Shown: one piece after another, positions 1 through 11,214 of the stretch
Position numbering within the stretch: position 1 is the stretch's first letter
Layout of the letters: the number at the start of each line of letters is the position of its first letter
IMG/VR virus record: IMGVR_UViG_3300021599_002318
Span: 51,219-71,218 of that record
Direction: 5' to 3' (one strand)
DNA: 20,000 nt
DNA from: an uncultured virus (IMG/VR IMGVR_UViG_3300021599_002318)
Taxonomy: Duplodnaviria > Heunggongvirae > Uroviricota > Caudoviricetes
Notes under the pieces: generated by a model
The model's input: only the letters and a program-made list of their open reading frames with translations
Databases searched by the model: none
What the model was told of the DNA's origin: nothing
Translations under genes and position numbers: made by a program

Positions 1-3000
1 ATCAAAGAAATTGATGATGATTCATGTTCTGACACAGTGAATAAATTTCCGGTAAACGAAGGGTTCAAAAACTTTGACTTTTTATTTTTTATTGTCTCAC
101 TTTTACTTCAACTCCTTCAGATTGTTTCAATCCCACTTTTAATTGCACTCCATTTTATAGTCTTCTTTTTAAATCTTTTGTTGGGTTTGAAAAATATCCT
201 TATTGGTTTATTTGCGGCTTTAGTTGGATATCATTTATACCTTTTCGGAAAAGGTGTTATTAAAGGTATTAAACTTTATATTGAAGCTGGTAAGTTAACT
301 GCGGCTGGTGCAAACTTGGTTGGAACTGGAGTTGCATCTATTGCTGGTGCTGCTTTAAAATTTTTGGCAGGTCAAAAAACTACAGAAGCAAAAGATACTT
401 TAGCAATTGCAGGGAAAAACTTAGCAATTTCAATAAAATATGGATTATCTATTTTTGCTATAAATAAAATATACCAAATTTTCCGAGGTCAGAAAATAAA
501 AGTTATATCCCTACCGGTATTAACATATCCAGACTGCCAAGGTTGCGAGTGTAAACCAAAAGATATATCTCAAGACCAATCATTAACATCAAGTCAAAGT
601 GGATTACTCTCAAGATTCTCAGATTCAATTCAATATTATGAAAAATTATTAGCAAGCCCTTATGTTCAGTCGTTCGATGAGGATAGTAGAGATGCGGTGG
701 CACTTGCATTCGCAAGTGCTGCGGGTGGAAATGACGGTGACCCATTCAGTAGAAACTCATACAAGGTTATGGATTCAGGGGATGATGGTAGTATTTTTAT
801 AGATGGTTGTCCTGTTGATTTTTTCGCTTACTCAAATTATCTCCCCTTAGGTGAAAGAGTTAATATTTTTAACACGAGAAAAAAATATTTTGATGGTGTT
901 AATCGTATCAAAGTTACATTTAATTCACCAAATAATTTGGTTAATCACTTGGATAATACACTTACAATCTTTTTGTCAGACAAACTTGAAACTGGCACAT
1001 TGTTAAGTTTTGTTAACCCCTTAGATACAACCGACGTTAACTTTAATTTCACAGGAAATACACCACAAACAAGTGGTATTTATGGACAGGCTCTTAATCC
1101 TGGTCCATCAACATATAATGTGGGATATTGTGACCCTAACAACCCTTATAGTAACCTCACAACAACCTACCAATTAAATAGAGGTTCCGAGATAACGGGG
1201 TATACATATCCGGCGGATATCGAATATTATCAAGTAATTACTGCACTAACAATAAATCAAGCGATAAACTTATTTGGTGGAGCTCCAGATGAATCTTTAC
1301 CGCAAATTGTAAATTCAGGGACGGTTATTATTGGAAATAATCAGAAACACATTAAAATTCTTGGTATTTGTATCAACACTGGTTGGCTCAACGGATATTA
1401 CACCAACGAAATTCCTTATTCACAAATTTTCCAAGATTATGGAAATCAGTATATCACAATCTTACAAAGAGGTGTTGACCCGTATTCACCAACCTACGTG
1501 AACAAATACGGTTTAGGAGTTCTTTTTGGTTTCAATGACCCTGATGCATTAACCTTGACCGCAGAAACAAGACTTAATATTCCAATCCAGAAACTTAATT
1601 CCAATATAATGAGCGTTCAACCATTCACACAAAATGGTCAATCTGAAATATTTTACCCATCTCATTTCTTCAGGGGTGGTATAAATAACACGACTGAAAT
1701 AGGAAAACAGTGGTCAGCATTCACAACTTTCAACGTGGGATATTATAGTAGTTTGGATAGAACAACTAATCCATCTGGTTCATTAGATTTTTCAAACGGA
1801 GTCGTTTCTAGCCCATATAATGGTGCATACTCATCTATTGTAACAACACCTTCACAACGTGTTGGAAAATATAATACAGCTGAAGATATTTCTGGTGCAG
1901 CTTTCTTTTATGTTCAAGAATCTGGAAGGAGACCCAAAGATGTAGAAATAACCTATTACACAAATGTGTTCTTACCATCATTTACAGGTAATCCAATGAA
2001 TATTTCCACTAACACTCTAAATGTGATGAGAACCGACAGATTACCCTCTTCAGATAACTTGGATGGTGGAACTTGGACATTGAATCCCGCTTTGTTACAA
2101 CAAAACATTGGTTTTGCAATTTATCAAATCTCTGCGTATGGTGAAGGTGCAATTTCAGTGGATGCTTACAGCACAGGTGCGGACATAACAACCGCAGATA
2201 TTGTAGGACAATACAGTTACACCAACGTTATAGATACATTAAATCTTTGTTCACAAATAGTTTCACTCAAATGTTACGAGGGAAATGGAACGACATTTAA
2301 AGTGAATACAGGATGCACTGAAACTGATGCAGTAGTAAGCGGATGTTACCAGTTCTTACGAAGACCACTTTTGGATATTGGAAAAGATATTAGAAATTTT
2401 AATGAGTGGGCATATAGATTCCGATTTAACTATGGTTTGTGTAGAGGGGTTTTGTCTCAATCATTTACGAATAATTGGATAAACGGTTCTTTATTTATGT
2501 TCCCAATCCAAATAGATGTATTTTTTGATTTGAACAATAAACCTTTGGCACCAAAGTATCCTTCAAGGTTAACTTATTTTGATAGTGATACAAACAATTT
2601 TTATTTTAGAAGTAGTCCATTTTTAAGTGGTTCAACATCTTCGAGATTTATAGGTTCCCCCGCAAATACATTAGGGCCACAATATTCAATTAATTCGAGA
2701 AATCTTTTATTTCCAACAACAATCATAAATTTGGGTATGAAGGATTCGTTTTACCAAGAAATTATAATGGAGGCATCCGCAAAGGCTTATGTGATGTCAA
2801 ATCTGAATCCTACAAGTTACTCCGACACATCAGATATTGTAAACCTATTTGTTCTTTCTAGAATCACGAGTGCGACTTTCTTACAACAAATGTTGGGATT
2901 GAGAGATAACTCAATCAATAGTTTATTCACGAGGTCATCGACAGTTGGAATTATTCAACCTAAGAATAGGGTGGATGCCGACTTGGTTCAAATGATGTCA

Positions 3001-3588
3001 ATTAATAGTGAAATTGGAATAGTTCCTTTCAGCACAGAATTTTATCCTTTTGATGCAAATGACCCGAACAATGCTGTTGTAGTTTTACAAACCGCAGGTA
3101 ATAATGTTATGGGAATATTCTTCTCATCCTCAACTGCAGATTTACAGATAAAAGACTATATTTCACCAGGGGTTATTAACTTCAGACCAGCATCTAACGC
3201 AAATGCACTGACATATCCTTTCGGTATTAAATCACAAAGAGTTCCTTTTTATCAGTGGGGTTTAGAAGGCGGTAATTCAATTTTTGGAACTGAAAAAAAT
3301 AATTGGAAAACGAACATATCAGATGGTATTATCTCTTACGAATATCAATCTTTGAGTAGAAGATTTACGAATGCACCATCTTATTTCAGTGGTTCATACA
3401 ACAACGTAAGTGACATATATCAAAGAGGTTATATTTTTGCTGTTAACCAAAACCAACAATATTCTGCAACGGCTGGAACTTGGACAAACAATTTTATGAT
3501 TGGTGCTCCAAACCAGTTTTACTTTGGATTAGTTGCAGGTGCGTCTGCTTTGGATAAATTTAAGACAAAATATAGTGCAGATGAATAA
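1..3588 (+). CDS. Large phage virion-associated protein, 5'-partial, with internal hydrophobic (putative transmembrane) helices and a CxxCxC motif
   Basis: Frame +1 is open from base 1 (IKEIDDDSCSDTVNKF...), so the GTG at 37 is probably internal. A long apolar stretch FDFLFFIVSLLLQLLQIVSIPLLIALHFIVFFLNLLLGL lies near nt 73-190 and DCQGCEC at 532-552. The rest is N/S/T/G/Y-rich and beta-like. Function is inferred from context only. Confidence 0.8.
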   Translation: MKEIDDDSCSDTVNKFPVNEGFKNFDFLFFIVSLLLQLLQIVSIPLLIALHFIVFFLNLLLGLKNILIGLFAALVGYHLYLFGKGVIKGIKLYIEAGKLTAAGANLVGTGVASIAGAALKFLAGQKTTEAKDTLAIAGKNLAISIKYGLSIFAINKIYQIFRGQKIKVISLPVLTYPDCQGCECKPKDISQDQSLTSSQSGLLSRFSDSIQYYEKLLASPYVQSFDEDSRDAVALAFASAAGGNDGDPFSRNSYKVMDSGDDGSIFIDGCPVDFFAYSNYLPLGERVNIFNTRKKYFDGVNRIKVTFNSPNNLVNHLDNTLTIFLSDKLETGTLLSFVNPLDTTDVNFNFTGNTPQTSGIYGQALNPGPSTYNVGYCDPNNPYSNLTTTYQLNRGSEITGYTYPADIEYYQVITALTINQAINLFGGAPDESLPQIVNSGTVIIGNNQKHIKILGICINTGWLNGYYTNEIPYSQIFQDYGNQYITILQRGVDPYSPTYVNKYGLGVLFGFNDPDALTLTAETRLNIPIQKLNSNIMSVQPFTQNGQSEIFYPSHFFRGGINNTTEIGKQWSAFTTFNVGYYSSLDRTTNPSGSLDFSNGVVSSPYNGAYSSIVTTPSQRVGKYNTAEDISGAAFFYVQESGRRPKDVEITYYTNVFLPSFTGNPMNISTNTLNVMRTDRLPSSDNLDGGTWTLNPALLQQNIGFAIYQISAYGEGAISVDAYSTGADITTADIVGQYSYTNVIDTLNLCSQIVSLKCYEGNGTTFKVNTGCTETDAVVSGCYQFLRRPLLDIGKDIRNFNEWAYRFRFNYGLCRGVLSQSFTNNWINGSLFMFPIQIDVFFDLNNKPLAPKYPSRLTYFDSDTNNFYFRSSPFLSGSTSSRFIGSPANTLGPQYSINSRNLLFPTTIINLGMKDSFYQEIIMEASAKAYVMSNLNPTSYSDTSDIVNLFVLSRITSATFLQQMLGLRDNSINSLFTRSSTVGIIQPKNRVDADLVQMMSINSEIGIVPFSTEFYPFDANDPNNAVVVLQTAGNNVMGIFFSSSTADLQIKDYISPGVINFRPASNANALTYPFGIKSQRVPFYQWGLEGGNSIFGTEKNNWKTNISDGIISYEYQSLSRRFTNAPSYFSGSYNNVSDIYQRGYIFAVNQNQQYSATAGTWTNNFMIGAPNQFYFGLVAGASALDKFKTKYSADE

Positions 3589-5275
3589 CTATAAAATTAT
3601 ACCGAGTAGTCTGACTTTCCAAAGTGCTCCTTTTGTTGACCAGGAAATCACCTTGACCTTACAAGAAAAACAACAAGAAATTACTGAATATGATAGAAGT
3701 CAAACAATAAGTTTAGCTCAGGTTTATGACGATGAGAGACAGGAATCTACAGTCTTCAGACCGACATTCAAACTTAGTTATTTGTATTCCAACACTTATA
3801 CAGGAACAACTGAATACATTCCATTTAGAAATAATCTGTTTTATGTAAACCCTGAGGTTTCAACGGTCAGCACAATTTGGAAAGGATTCCCTCAGTTTTA
3901 TGAGTTTGATTTCTACAGACCCGATGTTAAAGACCAACATTTTCCATATAAATCTAAAAGTGCTTATACCTACAATTGGACATATTATCTAACATATCCT
4001 TACGAAAACCAATATAATAAACAATTAACATATTATTCTAATAACACACCAATCAATTGGGTTGCAGGAGACGGAATTCCATTTGAAATATTTAACTCAC
4101 AACAAAATGGTGACAACATAATAAGTTTTAGATGTATTGCTCCTCATGGAGTTTTACCTAATGAATATGTCGAACTATCACTCACATATAGGAATGAAAA
4201 GATTTTCCAAGTATATTCTTTAGGTAACGGATTAGTTGAATCTGACCCTTATATCTTCAATGTTTTAAATGTTGGATACACTGGCTCTACTTTCAACAAC
4301 GGAACTAGAGGAACTTTTAAAAGAGTTATCAATCCAGATAATCTTAATGAGACTAAATCGAAATACTACATCAAAAAACTAAAGGTTGTGACAAATTTGG
4401 ACGATATCATTGTAACAAAAGCTGGTTTTGAAAAAAATGTTTTTGGTGAAGAAAGAAAATTTGAATACAGTTCGATTACTCCCAATAAAGTCACGAGGGT
4501 TTCTCAGAAGACAAGTAGTAACGCTTATTCGTTCACGTCCGCATACGATTTGGATTTCGCTTCCCTAAAAGATAACAACGGTAGACCGTTAAACGAGATT
4601 AATCTAACTGTGATAAATAAAGGTTATTCAGGTTATTTCAATCAGCCTAATAATGGTGTCGGAATAAAACAGGGATGGGAATTCAATCTTTCAAAAAATA
4701 TTAATCCGTGGTGGGATTTGAATAACACACAGTCAAACTCATCTATTCAAACATCAGCATATACTTTGACAAGTGGTGTAACAAAGACATTCACTTATAA
4801 TTTAGACTTGAAAAGAGCAGATGTTATTGATGGTGATTTTTGTGAGTGGAATGATTATGAACAAATCGAAAGGGTCATATCAAAATACTATCAAAAAATA
4901 AAATACAATCAAAGTGTGTTTCAAACAACAAATAACAGTAATACGAACTCACCTGGTTTTTACTATGAGCCACATATCCCTATGACCATAAGAATATTTT
5001 CAGATTACATCGAAACAGGAAATGTCGACGCGATTGAGAATATACCAAGCTGGGCTTTTTATTCTACCCAAGACAGAGAATTCAGATGGAGAGACCTATA
5101 CACATATGGATTCAAAGATAGTTCAAACAGGGGTGTGGATTATCCTTTCTTTAACACGGCGCATTACCCTTTTGTATCTGCCGTATTTAGATTAATACCT
5201 GAGGGAATAGATTACAATGAATCTATTTTAGGTGTAGATGAACCAATTAAACCTTTGATAGATGGATGTGAATAA
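3581..5275 (+). CDS. Hypothetical phage structural (baseplate/tail) protein
   Basis: Long ORF. The likely start is ATG 3581 (MNNYKII), overlapping the upstream stop as ATGAATAA, rather than the track start at 3533. It contains 'FRCIAPHGVLPNEYVEL', resembling the 'xxPHGLxxGxxVxI' beta motif common in phage tail proteins. Confidence 0.8.
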   Translation: MNNYKIIPSSLTFQSAPFVDQEITLTLQEKQQEITEYDRSQTISLAQVYDDERQESTVFRPTFKLSYLYSNTYTGTTEYIPFRNNLFYVNPEVSTVSTIWKGFPQFYEFDFYRPDVKDQHFPYKSKSAYTYNWTYYLTYPYENQYNKQLTYYSNNTPINWVAGDGIPFEIFNSQQNGDNIISFRCIAPHGVLPNEYVELSLTYRNEKIFQVYSLGNGLVESDPYIFNVLNVGYTGSTFNNGTRGTFKRVINPDNLNETKSKYYIKKLKVVTNLDDIIVTKAGFEKNVFGEERKFEYSSITPNKVTRVSQKTSSNAYSFTSAYDLDFASLKDNNGRPLNEINLTVINKGYSGYFNQPNNGVGIKQGWEFNLSKNINPWWDLNNTQSNSSIQTSAYTLTSGVTKTFTYNLDLKRADVIDGDFCEWNDYEQIERVISKYYQKIKYNQSVFQTTNNSNTNSPGFYYEPHIPMTIRIFSDYIETGNVDAIENIPSWAFYSTQDREFRWRDLYTYGFKDSSNRGVDYPFFNTAHYPFVSAVFRLIPEGIDYNESILGVDEPIKPLIDGCE

Positions 5276-6194
5276 ATTTCAAATTTTAAGAGAGGGGGGA
5301 ATATCCAAACAAATTAATATTCCGATTCAGATGACTTGGGATTATTTGGGTTTGGATGACTCTATTGATGAATATGAAACTCAAATAGTTAAAGAGGTTA
5401 TTGGTGATGGTAGAGACTTTGAGGTAACAAGATTTAGTCACGCCCCACATAACAGCCCCTCAATCTTTATCAATCCAACGACGGGCCAAGTAACTCAATC
5501 AAATATAGTTGGAGGTTCAGACTCTACTGTATGTAATTATGAATTTTATTTTTATTCAGGTGGTTCGATTAATGATTTGAATAATTGGCAGATTAACTAC
5601 TTAGGAGAAGGATTTACACCTCAAGACTTATACTACTATAATAACTCATTTACGAACTCGTTTTTTAAGTTGGACCTTTATGACACTCCTGATGAAAAAA
5701 GACAAACAAACTACCTAACAATCATCATACCAACCCAACAAGGTCTGAAGATGGACACTCGAATGCAAAGAGCCACAGTCTCAGTAAAGAAACCAAAGTT
5801 TATTTTGGATTTCATCGGAGACAAAGAGGGTTTCTTTATCTACTGGTTAAAGAAAAGAGAATTTTTGAACATATCAACATTCTATATGTCAGCCAAGTTT
5901 TATAACGCAGGAACTGGTCAATTTACCAAAATGATGACAGGTAGAGGATGGGACCCTCAAAGTTCGACTCCTCCTTGTCAACAACAATGGCCAACTCCAT
6001 TTAATGTTGATAGAACCTTGGGACCACAGTCATGTATGTCGGTAGGAGAAAGAAATACATTCGACAACACACAATATTTTTATTACACAGTTCAAATAGA
6101 TTATCCAACACAAACATATCAGGTGTATAATACTGCTGGACAAAGATTGGGAACAAGTATACCCATAAAATGGTTTGAATATATAAATCCATGA
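5262..6194 (+). CDS. Hypothetical phage structural protein (310 aa)
   Basis: Intact ORF overlapping both neighbours (14 nt upstream; ATGA downstream). It is aromatic-rich, and no family was recognised. Confidence 0.8.
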   Translation: MDVNKFQILREGGISKQINIPIQMTWDYLGLDDSIDEYETQIVKEVIGDGRDFEVTRFSHAPHNSPSIFINPTTGQVTQSNIVGGSDSTVCNYEFYFYSGGSINDLNNWQINYLGEGFTPQDLYYYNNSFTNSFFKLDLYDTPDEKRQTNYLTIIIPTQQGLKMDTRMQRATVSVKKPKFILDFIGDKEGFFIYWLKKREFLNISTFYMSAKFYNAGTGQFTKMMTGRGWDPQSSTPPCQQQWPTPFNVDRTLGPQSCMSVGERNTFDNTQYFYYTVQIDYPTQTYQVYNTAGQRLGTSIPIKWFEYINP

Positions 6195-7297
6195 GTCAAG
6201 ATTACTATAAGGTTATTATTTCACCTGAGACCGTAAAAGGGGATATTGCTGTTGTAAATTACAATAATACTTCAGTCGGTGTATATTCTGCAATGACCAA
6301 GGTTGTGAGTTCAGGACCTGGTGGGTCCTCGTTATTGAAGGAGGTGTCGGTTCCGATATTACTTAGACAAAGTGCGGTTGATTGTGGCTATTATAGTCCT
6401 TTTGACGGAGCGGTATTACAGAAAGATGTTGTGGCGAATTTTTTGTTCTCAGCAACTACTGGAAGTCCAATGACATATTATGTTTATAATACTTCGGACC
6501 AATTCCAAAATTTCTTGCAGCTCTCTGCCTACAGAGTCGATTGGGGTGATAATTCACCAAAACAATCAATTACAAATTATGCACCCAATTCAATAAACCA
6601 TACATATCCCACTCCGCCAGTTGGAACTACAAAAGATTACAAAATCACGTTGGAACAAATCAACCCTTGGGGTGTAACAACTGTCACTAAAACAATTTCA
6701 GTTCCTTACAGTAAAGTAACAATATTCAATCCACAAGGTGAATGTTTCTTTGCACCATCATTTGGTAATTGGATTGGAACCCCTGTTTCATATGATTATA
6801 TATTTTCAGGTGATGCAGAAAACAATGTTCAAGACCAAGTGAGTTCGAAATATATAACAATTCCGTTTACGGTGTCAGGGGTAAGTAGGTCTAGAATCAC
6901 AGAATTGAAACCTTACGGTAATTTAACAATTAATCAAAGAATCAATTTACCAATCATAAATAATGGGGTGCTGTGGGGTTCAATTACTAATGTTGGAAAT
7001 GGTTTTACTGCTTACACTATCCAAGACACCAACTATATTGACTATGGAGATGGAACTACAATTTTCTATCAACCATCATCTGGTTTAACCGAATATAACA
7101 TAACCGCGGTGCCGATAACAAAAAATGAAACTTTGCTTAAAGTAATGGACCAACCTCAGATTCAAACAAACGTATTTGTTGAGAGAGGGAAGAACAGTGC
7201 TTACGAAAGGGTCCAAAGACTTGGTGAGGTGGACAACTTGGGTGACATGATAAACTATGGTTATGGTTTTTTTAATGTCATTAAAAAAGATACATAA
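6191..7297 (+). CDS. PKD-like Ig-fold domain-containing structural protein
   Basis: YRVDWGDNS...INHTY...DYKITL...NPWG (about 6530-6673) matches the PKD consensus W-D-F/W-G-D-G...H-T-Y...Y-x-V-T-L. A second IDYGDGT occurs later. ATGA overlap with the previous gene. Confidence 0.7.
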   Translation: MSQDYYKVIISPETVKGDIAVVNYNNTSVGVYSAMTKVVSSGPGGSSLLKEVSVPILLRQSAVDCGYYSPFDGAVLQKDVVANFLFSATTGSPMTYYVYNTSDQFQNFLQLSAYRVDWGDNSPKQSITNYAPNSINHTYPTPPVGTTKDYKITLEQINPWGVTTVTKTISVPYSKVTIFNPQGECFFAPSFGNWIGTPVSYDYIFSGDAENNVQDQVSSKYITIPFTVSGVSRSRITELKPYGNLTINQRINLPIINNGVLWGSITNVGNGFTAYTIQDTNYIDYGDGTTIFYQPSSGLTEYNITAVPITKNETLLKVMDQPQIQTNVFVERGKNSAYERVQRLGEVDNLGDMINYGYGFFNVIKKDT

Positions 7298-7299
7298 AC

Positions 7300-7307
7300 T
7301 ATTTATA
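7300..7307 (+). promoter_or_regulatory. TATTTATA motif, candidate late promoter element
   Basis: Lies in the intergenic gap, 15 nt before ATG 7323. The same motif recurs before the genes at 13752 and 15278. Confidence 0.45.
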
Positions 7308-7322
7308 GAAAAATAATTTTAT

Positions 7323-8231
7323 ATGGCAATTGGCTCATATGGCACGATAAGACCTTCAGATGTTTCACCAGAAGATGTTGAAATCATAATGAATTATACC
7401 CCGACAAGAGACGCCACAGATAACTTCGTTTTAAGTAAACTCGATGCTCAAACAATATTGAGACCATATTTCGAAAACACTGAAACAGGAGGAAACTCAG
7501 GGGTTGAAGTAATAGGAGGATTATATAATCTAACTCTTCCTGCAAATCAGTTCAATGCTTTGGGAATCTATACTCTATATTTGAGACCAGCTCAGATAAG
7601 AACAATAATCACAGATTGTGGTGTTTTAAGTGCATTACCTAATGTCAAAGGACTTGTGATTGACTTAAACAACGTTGACCCACAATTCCTTAACAAATTT
7701 GTTCCACAAGGGTTGGTGGGATTCAGAATCGAATATCTTAATCCTGATGGTTCGAAGATTCCAAACTTCTTCAGAGTTGTAACTTCTTGTTTCTACTGTG
7801 AGGCGGTGGTTGCAAATGAGGTTAATACATCTCAAAAGTCAATCAGATATAGATACGTTGATAACAATTCTAACTTGTTATTCCTGACGGTATCACCATC
7901 TTCATCACCAACAAACAGACCAAATGCAACACCGTATATTGGACAACCTGACCAAGGAATAATAATAACAAACACCTTTTTCAATCCTGTAACTGTTGAA
8001 ATTGAAATGGTCGAATACGATATATCATCTCTTGCAATTGCACTTTATGGTAATCAAACCAAATCTATCGACGATGGAATCTACACCATCTATGATAGTC
8101 AAAATAACATTTACAGACAGTATAACTTGTATGAAATTAGAGACCAATTCAATGCATTATTATATGAGGTTAGACAGAACAGAGGTGATAATATTGATTT
8201 CAGTAAGAATTTTACATCAATTACTAGTTAA
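7323..8231 (+). CDS. Hypothetical phage structural protein (302 aa), probably baseplate-associated
   Basis: Intact ORF coupled by TAATG to the wedge-like gene. No family was recognised with certainty. Confidence 0.8.
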   Translation: MAIGSYGTIRPSDVSPEDVEIIMNYTPTRDATDNFVLSKLDAQTILRPYFENTETGGNSGVEVIGGLYNLTLPANQFNALGIYTLYLRPAQIRTIITDCGVLSALPNVKGLVIDLNNVDPQFLNKFVPQGLVGFRIEYLNPDGSKIPNFFRVVTSCFYCEAVVANEVNTSQKSIRYRYVDNNSNLLFLTVSPSSSPTNRPNATPYIGQPDQGIIITNTFFNPVTVEIEMVEYDISSLAIALYGNQTKSIDDGIYTIYDSQNNIYRQYNLYEIRDQFNALLYEVRQNRGDNIDFSKNFTSITS

Positions 8232-11209
8232 TGGCGACATCAAGAAGAACAACTAAATTTTTCTATCCGCCAAGACCAGGAAGTGGGGCGGCTACCTTCT
8301 CTGACAATATTGTAGGATTGCAGACAGTTGAAGGGGGCGGTCTCACGCAAGGTAACTTCGAATTCACAACTTCTATTGTGGAGAAAGTGAATCGTAGATT
8401 TAATGTTGGTGCTTTTTCGGAGCCTATAGATTTGGATTATCTTGATGTTGATACACTTGCTGAGAGTAGAAGAATTCAAGCGACTCAATTCAGGGTTTAC
8501 CCGAACTATGATTTGTCTCAGGTTACAAATTTCACATTATATGGTTCACTATCAAAAAGATTTCAAGTATCAATTACTCATATTATAAGTGTATTTCCTG
8601 CTTCTTTAGATATTCAATTTTTGAACGATGATTTCCTAACTGGATTTACAGCACAGAATGTCGCGTATGACCCGATTTATGATGAAACAAGTTTTGAAGT
8701 AAGTGTTAATAGAATCAAAAACCCATTTGACGTTGATTATTCTGTAAGTGCGGCCACAAACCTAAACATGAGAGAAATTGGTGTGTCACCTTATAGGAAT
8801 CTCTACAATACTTACTTAGATTACTGCGTATCAATCAATGATGATATTTTCAAAGTTATTTCATTTACACCCTCTCAAACATTATCAAGTGGTATAATCA
8901 AATTCACTGTTTCCGGTGCACCTTTTGGACAAACCGCAACAACAAGTATTCAAGAGTATCAAATAAGACCGAATGATTTCATAGTTGACAGAATTTTTGC
9001 TGAGAGTTTGGATGAGGTTGAAAAGTTTCTGATGAATAGATTGGTTAGACCTGAATACACAGCTGTGTTCCAAATACCACAGCAAACGGAAGGGGGTCAG
9101 TTTTATACAAACAACCAATCTGTAACATGGCCTAAGGACGGTCCATGGAATTTAGATATTCGTTCTTTCTTATTCGAAGAGTATTTGACACAATTGGAAA
9201 CAATTGCGGTAAATCTTGATTCATATAAAACAAATTTAATTTCAAGATTTTTTGTTTCAGATTCATTGAAAGAATTTGATACATTAGGAAGGAAAGCCGA
9301 AAAGATTTTTCAAATTTACGGAAGAAGTTTTGACCAAGTCAAAAACTTCATCGACGCTTTAGCGTTTATGAACTCTGTAAATTATAATGTTGGTAATGAC
9401 ATCCCATCTCAATTGTTAGTTAACCTATCTCAAACCTTGGGATGGAGTTCAAATTTTTCACCTATTACTGATACGGACTTTTTAGATTCGATTTTTGGAA
9501 ATACACAAACACCTTCATATCCAGGTTATGCGAGAGCCCTTACACCAACTGAAATCAACTACGCATTTTATAGGAATTTGATTCTCAACTCAGCATACCT
9601 TTTCAAATCAAAAGGAACGAGACGAAGTGTTGAGTTTATGATGAGATTGATTGGTGCACCCGAGTCGTTAATAGAATTCAACGAGCACATCTATTTGGCT
9701 GACCAAAAAATCAACATGGAACAGTTCGACACACAATATGCGGCCATAACAGGTGGAACTTATGTTCAAAACACACCGGCTTATCTACCAGGTTCTACAT
9801 ATAAAATAAAAGGAAAAACCTTTACAGCCTTCACAACTGTTGACACCTATCAAGATGTTCAGATAAATCTAGATGATTATCCAATAGACGCTCAAGGATT
9901 TCCTAAGGCTCCCGTAAATACGGAATCTTATTTCTTCCAATTGGGTGCTGGTTGGTATGAAAGCACACCACAACATAGAAGTCCAGATGAGGTTCAAATT
10001 ACAGGACAAATCTATACAGGTCAGAACTACGATATTCAAACTCAACTACAACCATTTACATATGGTCAAAAATATCTCGATAGGTTCAGAGATTTTCCTT
10101 ATATGACCGAGGGATTCAAACTTAAAAAAGTTGTTGACAATAATAAGTCGTGGCTTGAAGAGGATGACAAGATAAGAGTTTCAAGGGATGCTAATTTCAA
10201 CGCTTATTATTATGCGGACAATGAAAAACTCGTATTGAATGTTAAAAACATAGATTTGTTTTTGAATGCTTCACAAGGACTTGTTTACGACGTTTGGGTT
10301 TCTTCAAGAAAATACGACTACCCGATTCCTGAATCAGGTCTGACAATTGGATATCCAGTTCCAGGTGGAGTCGACTCAACTTTTATCAAACCCGAACCAA
10401 AAAAGAAAACATTCTTCGAATTCTACCAAACTTTTTGGGAGAATATGATTAATACTAGAAACAGACAATATATCACTGATGGTAAAACAGGAGGATATCC
10501 AACTCTTCAATCGGTTTGGTGGAAGTATATCCAATCAGAACAAACAGTGGGTATACCAAACAACAAATATACGTATCAAAAACTAATCGACTACATCAAC
10601 GGATTGGGTCCGTGGTGGATGAAGTTAGTAGAGCAAATGATACCTGCAACCACAATATGGAATACAGGTTCAAGACTCGAAAACTCAATACTACACAGAC
10701 AAAAATACGTTTATAGAAGACAAAGAGGTTGTGAAATAATTCCTGTGCCAGTTGAGCCTTGTTTTATAATAACAAACATTTTTGATTACACATGTCAAAC
10801 AGAATATGTTGACTTCAACATATATCCTTGGTTAAATGGTGATACAAATGTATCAAACTTCCAATCGATTTTAGCAAATAGACTAAACATAATGCTCGAA
10901 GCACAAGTATTAACCTTAAACGATTGTGTTCAAAGTTCAGTTGAAACAAATTGGTATGTTGATTTGGAAATTGCGGGACAAAAAATTATACAACAACCTT
11001 TCTACACAGGGTATGGATTCACGGATGTTCCAACAAATTCAAATTGGAGAAATGCTTTGATTCAATATCTACCAGCAGTCTACGATTATGGGTTTACATA
11101 TTTCCTAAATGGAAATAATTTATCAATAACTAATTCGACATGCACACCAAGAAACATGAATGAAACAGTCAAACTAAACGTATGTATTAACATAAGCATA
11201 AATTGTTAA
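8231..11209 (+). CDS. Putative baseplate wedge protein (P2 gpI / T4 gp7-like core) with extensions
   Basis: IPSQLLVNLSQTLGW (9401-9445) is followed by LILNSAYLFKSKGTRRSVEFMMRLIG (KGT at 9611-9619), the 'L..LA..lGw ... y+.KGT..+i..++..lG' signature of gpI-like wedge subunits of contractile tails. Later 'WMKLVEQMIPATT' resembles the distal '+...+.Pa' motif of this family. Confidence 0.65.
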   Translation: MATSRRTTKFFYPPRPGSGAATFSDNIVGLQTVEGGGLTQGNFEFTTSIVEKVNRRFNVGAFSEPIDLDYLDVDTLAESRRIQATQFRVYPNYDLSQVTNFTLYGSLSKRFQVSITHIISVFPASLDIQFLNDDFLTGFTAQNVAYDPIYDETSFEVSVNRIKNPFDVDYSVSAATNLNMREIGVSPYRNLYNTYLDYCVSINDDIFKVISFTPSQTLSSGIIKFTVSGAPFGQTATTSIQEYQIRPNDFIVDRIFAESLDEVEKFLMNRLVRPEYTAVFQIPQQTEGGQFYTNNQSVTWPKDGPWNLDIRSFLFEEYLTQLETIAVNLDSYKTNLISRFFVSDSLKEFDTLGRKAEKIFQIYGRSFDQVKNFIDALAFMNSVNYNVGNDIPSQLLVNLSQTLGWSSNFSPITDTDFLDSIFGNTQTPSYPGYARALTPTEINYAFYRNLILNSAYLFKSKGTRRSVEFMMRLIGAPESLIEFNEHIYLADQKINMEQFDTQYAAITGGTYVQNTPAYLPGSTYKIKGKTFTAFTTVDTYQDVQINLDDYPIDAQGFPKAPVNTESYFFQLGAGWYESTPQHRSPDEVQITGQIYTGQNYDIQTQLQPFTYGQKYLDRFRDFPYMTEGFKLKKVVDNNKSWLEEDDKIRVSRDANFNAYYYADNEKLVLNVKNIDLFLNASQGLVYDVWVSSRKYDYPIPESGLTIGYPVPGGVDSTFIKPEPKKKTFFEFYQTFWENMINTRNRQYITDGKTGGYPTLQSVWWKYIQSEQTVGIPNNKYTYQKLIDYINGLGPWWMKLVEQMIPATTIWNTGSRLENSILHRQKYVYRRQRGCEIIPVPVEPCFIITNIFDYTCQTEYVDFNIYPWLNGDTNVSNFQSILANRLNIMLEAQVLTLNDCVQSSVETNWYVDLEIAGQKIIQQPFYTGYGFTDVPTNSNWRNALIQYLPAVYDYGFTYFLNGNNLSITNSTCTPRNMNETVKLNVCINISINC

Positions 11210-11214
11210 ATTGA

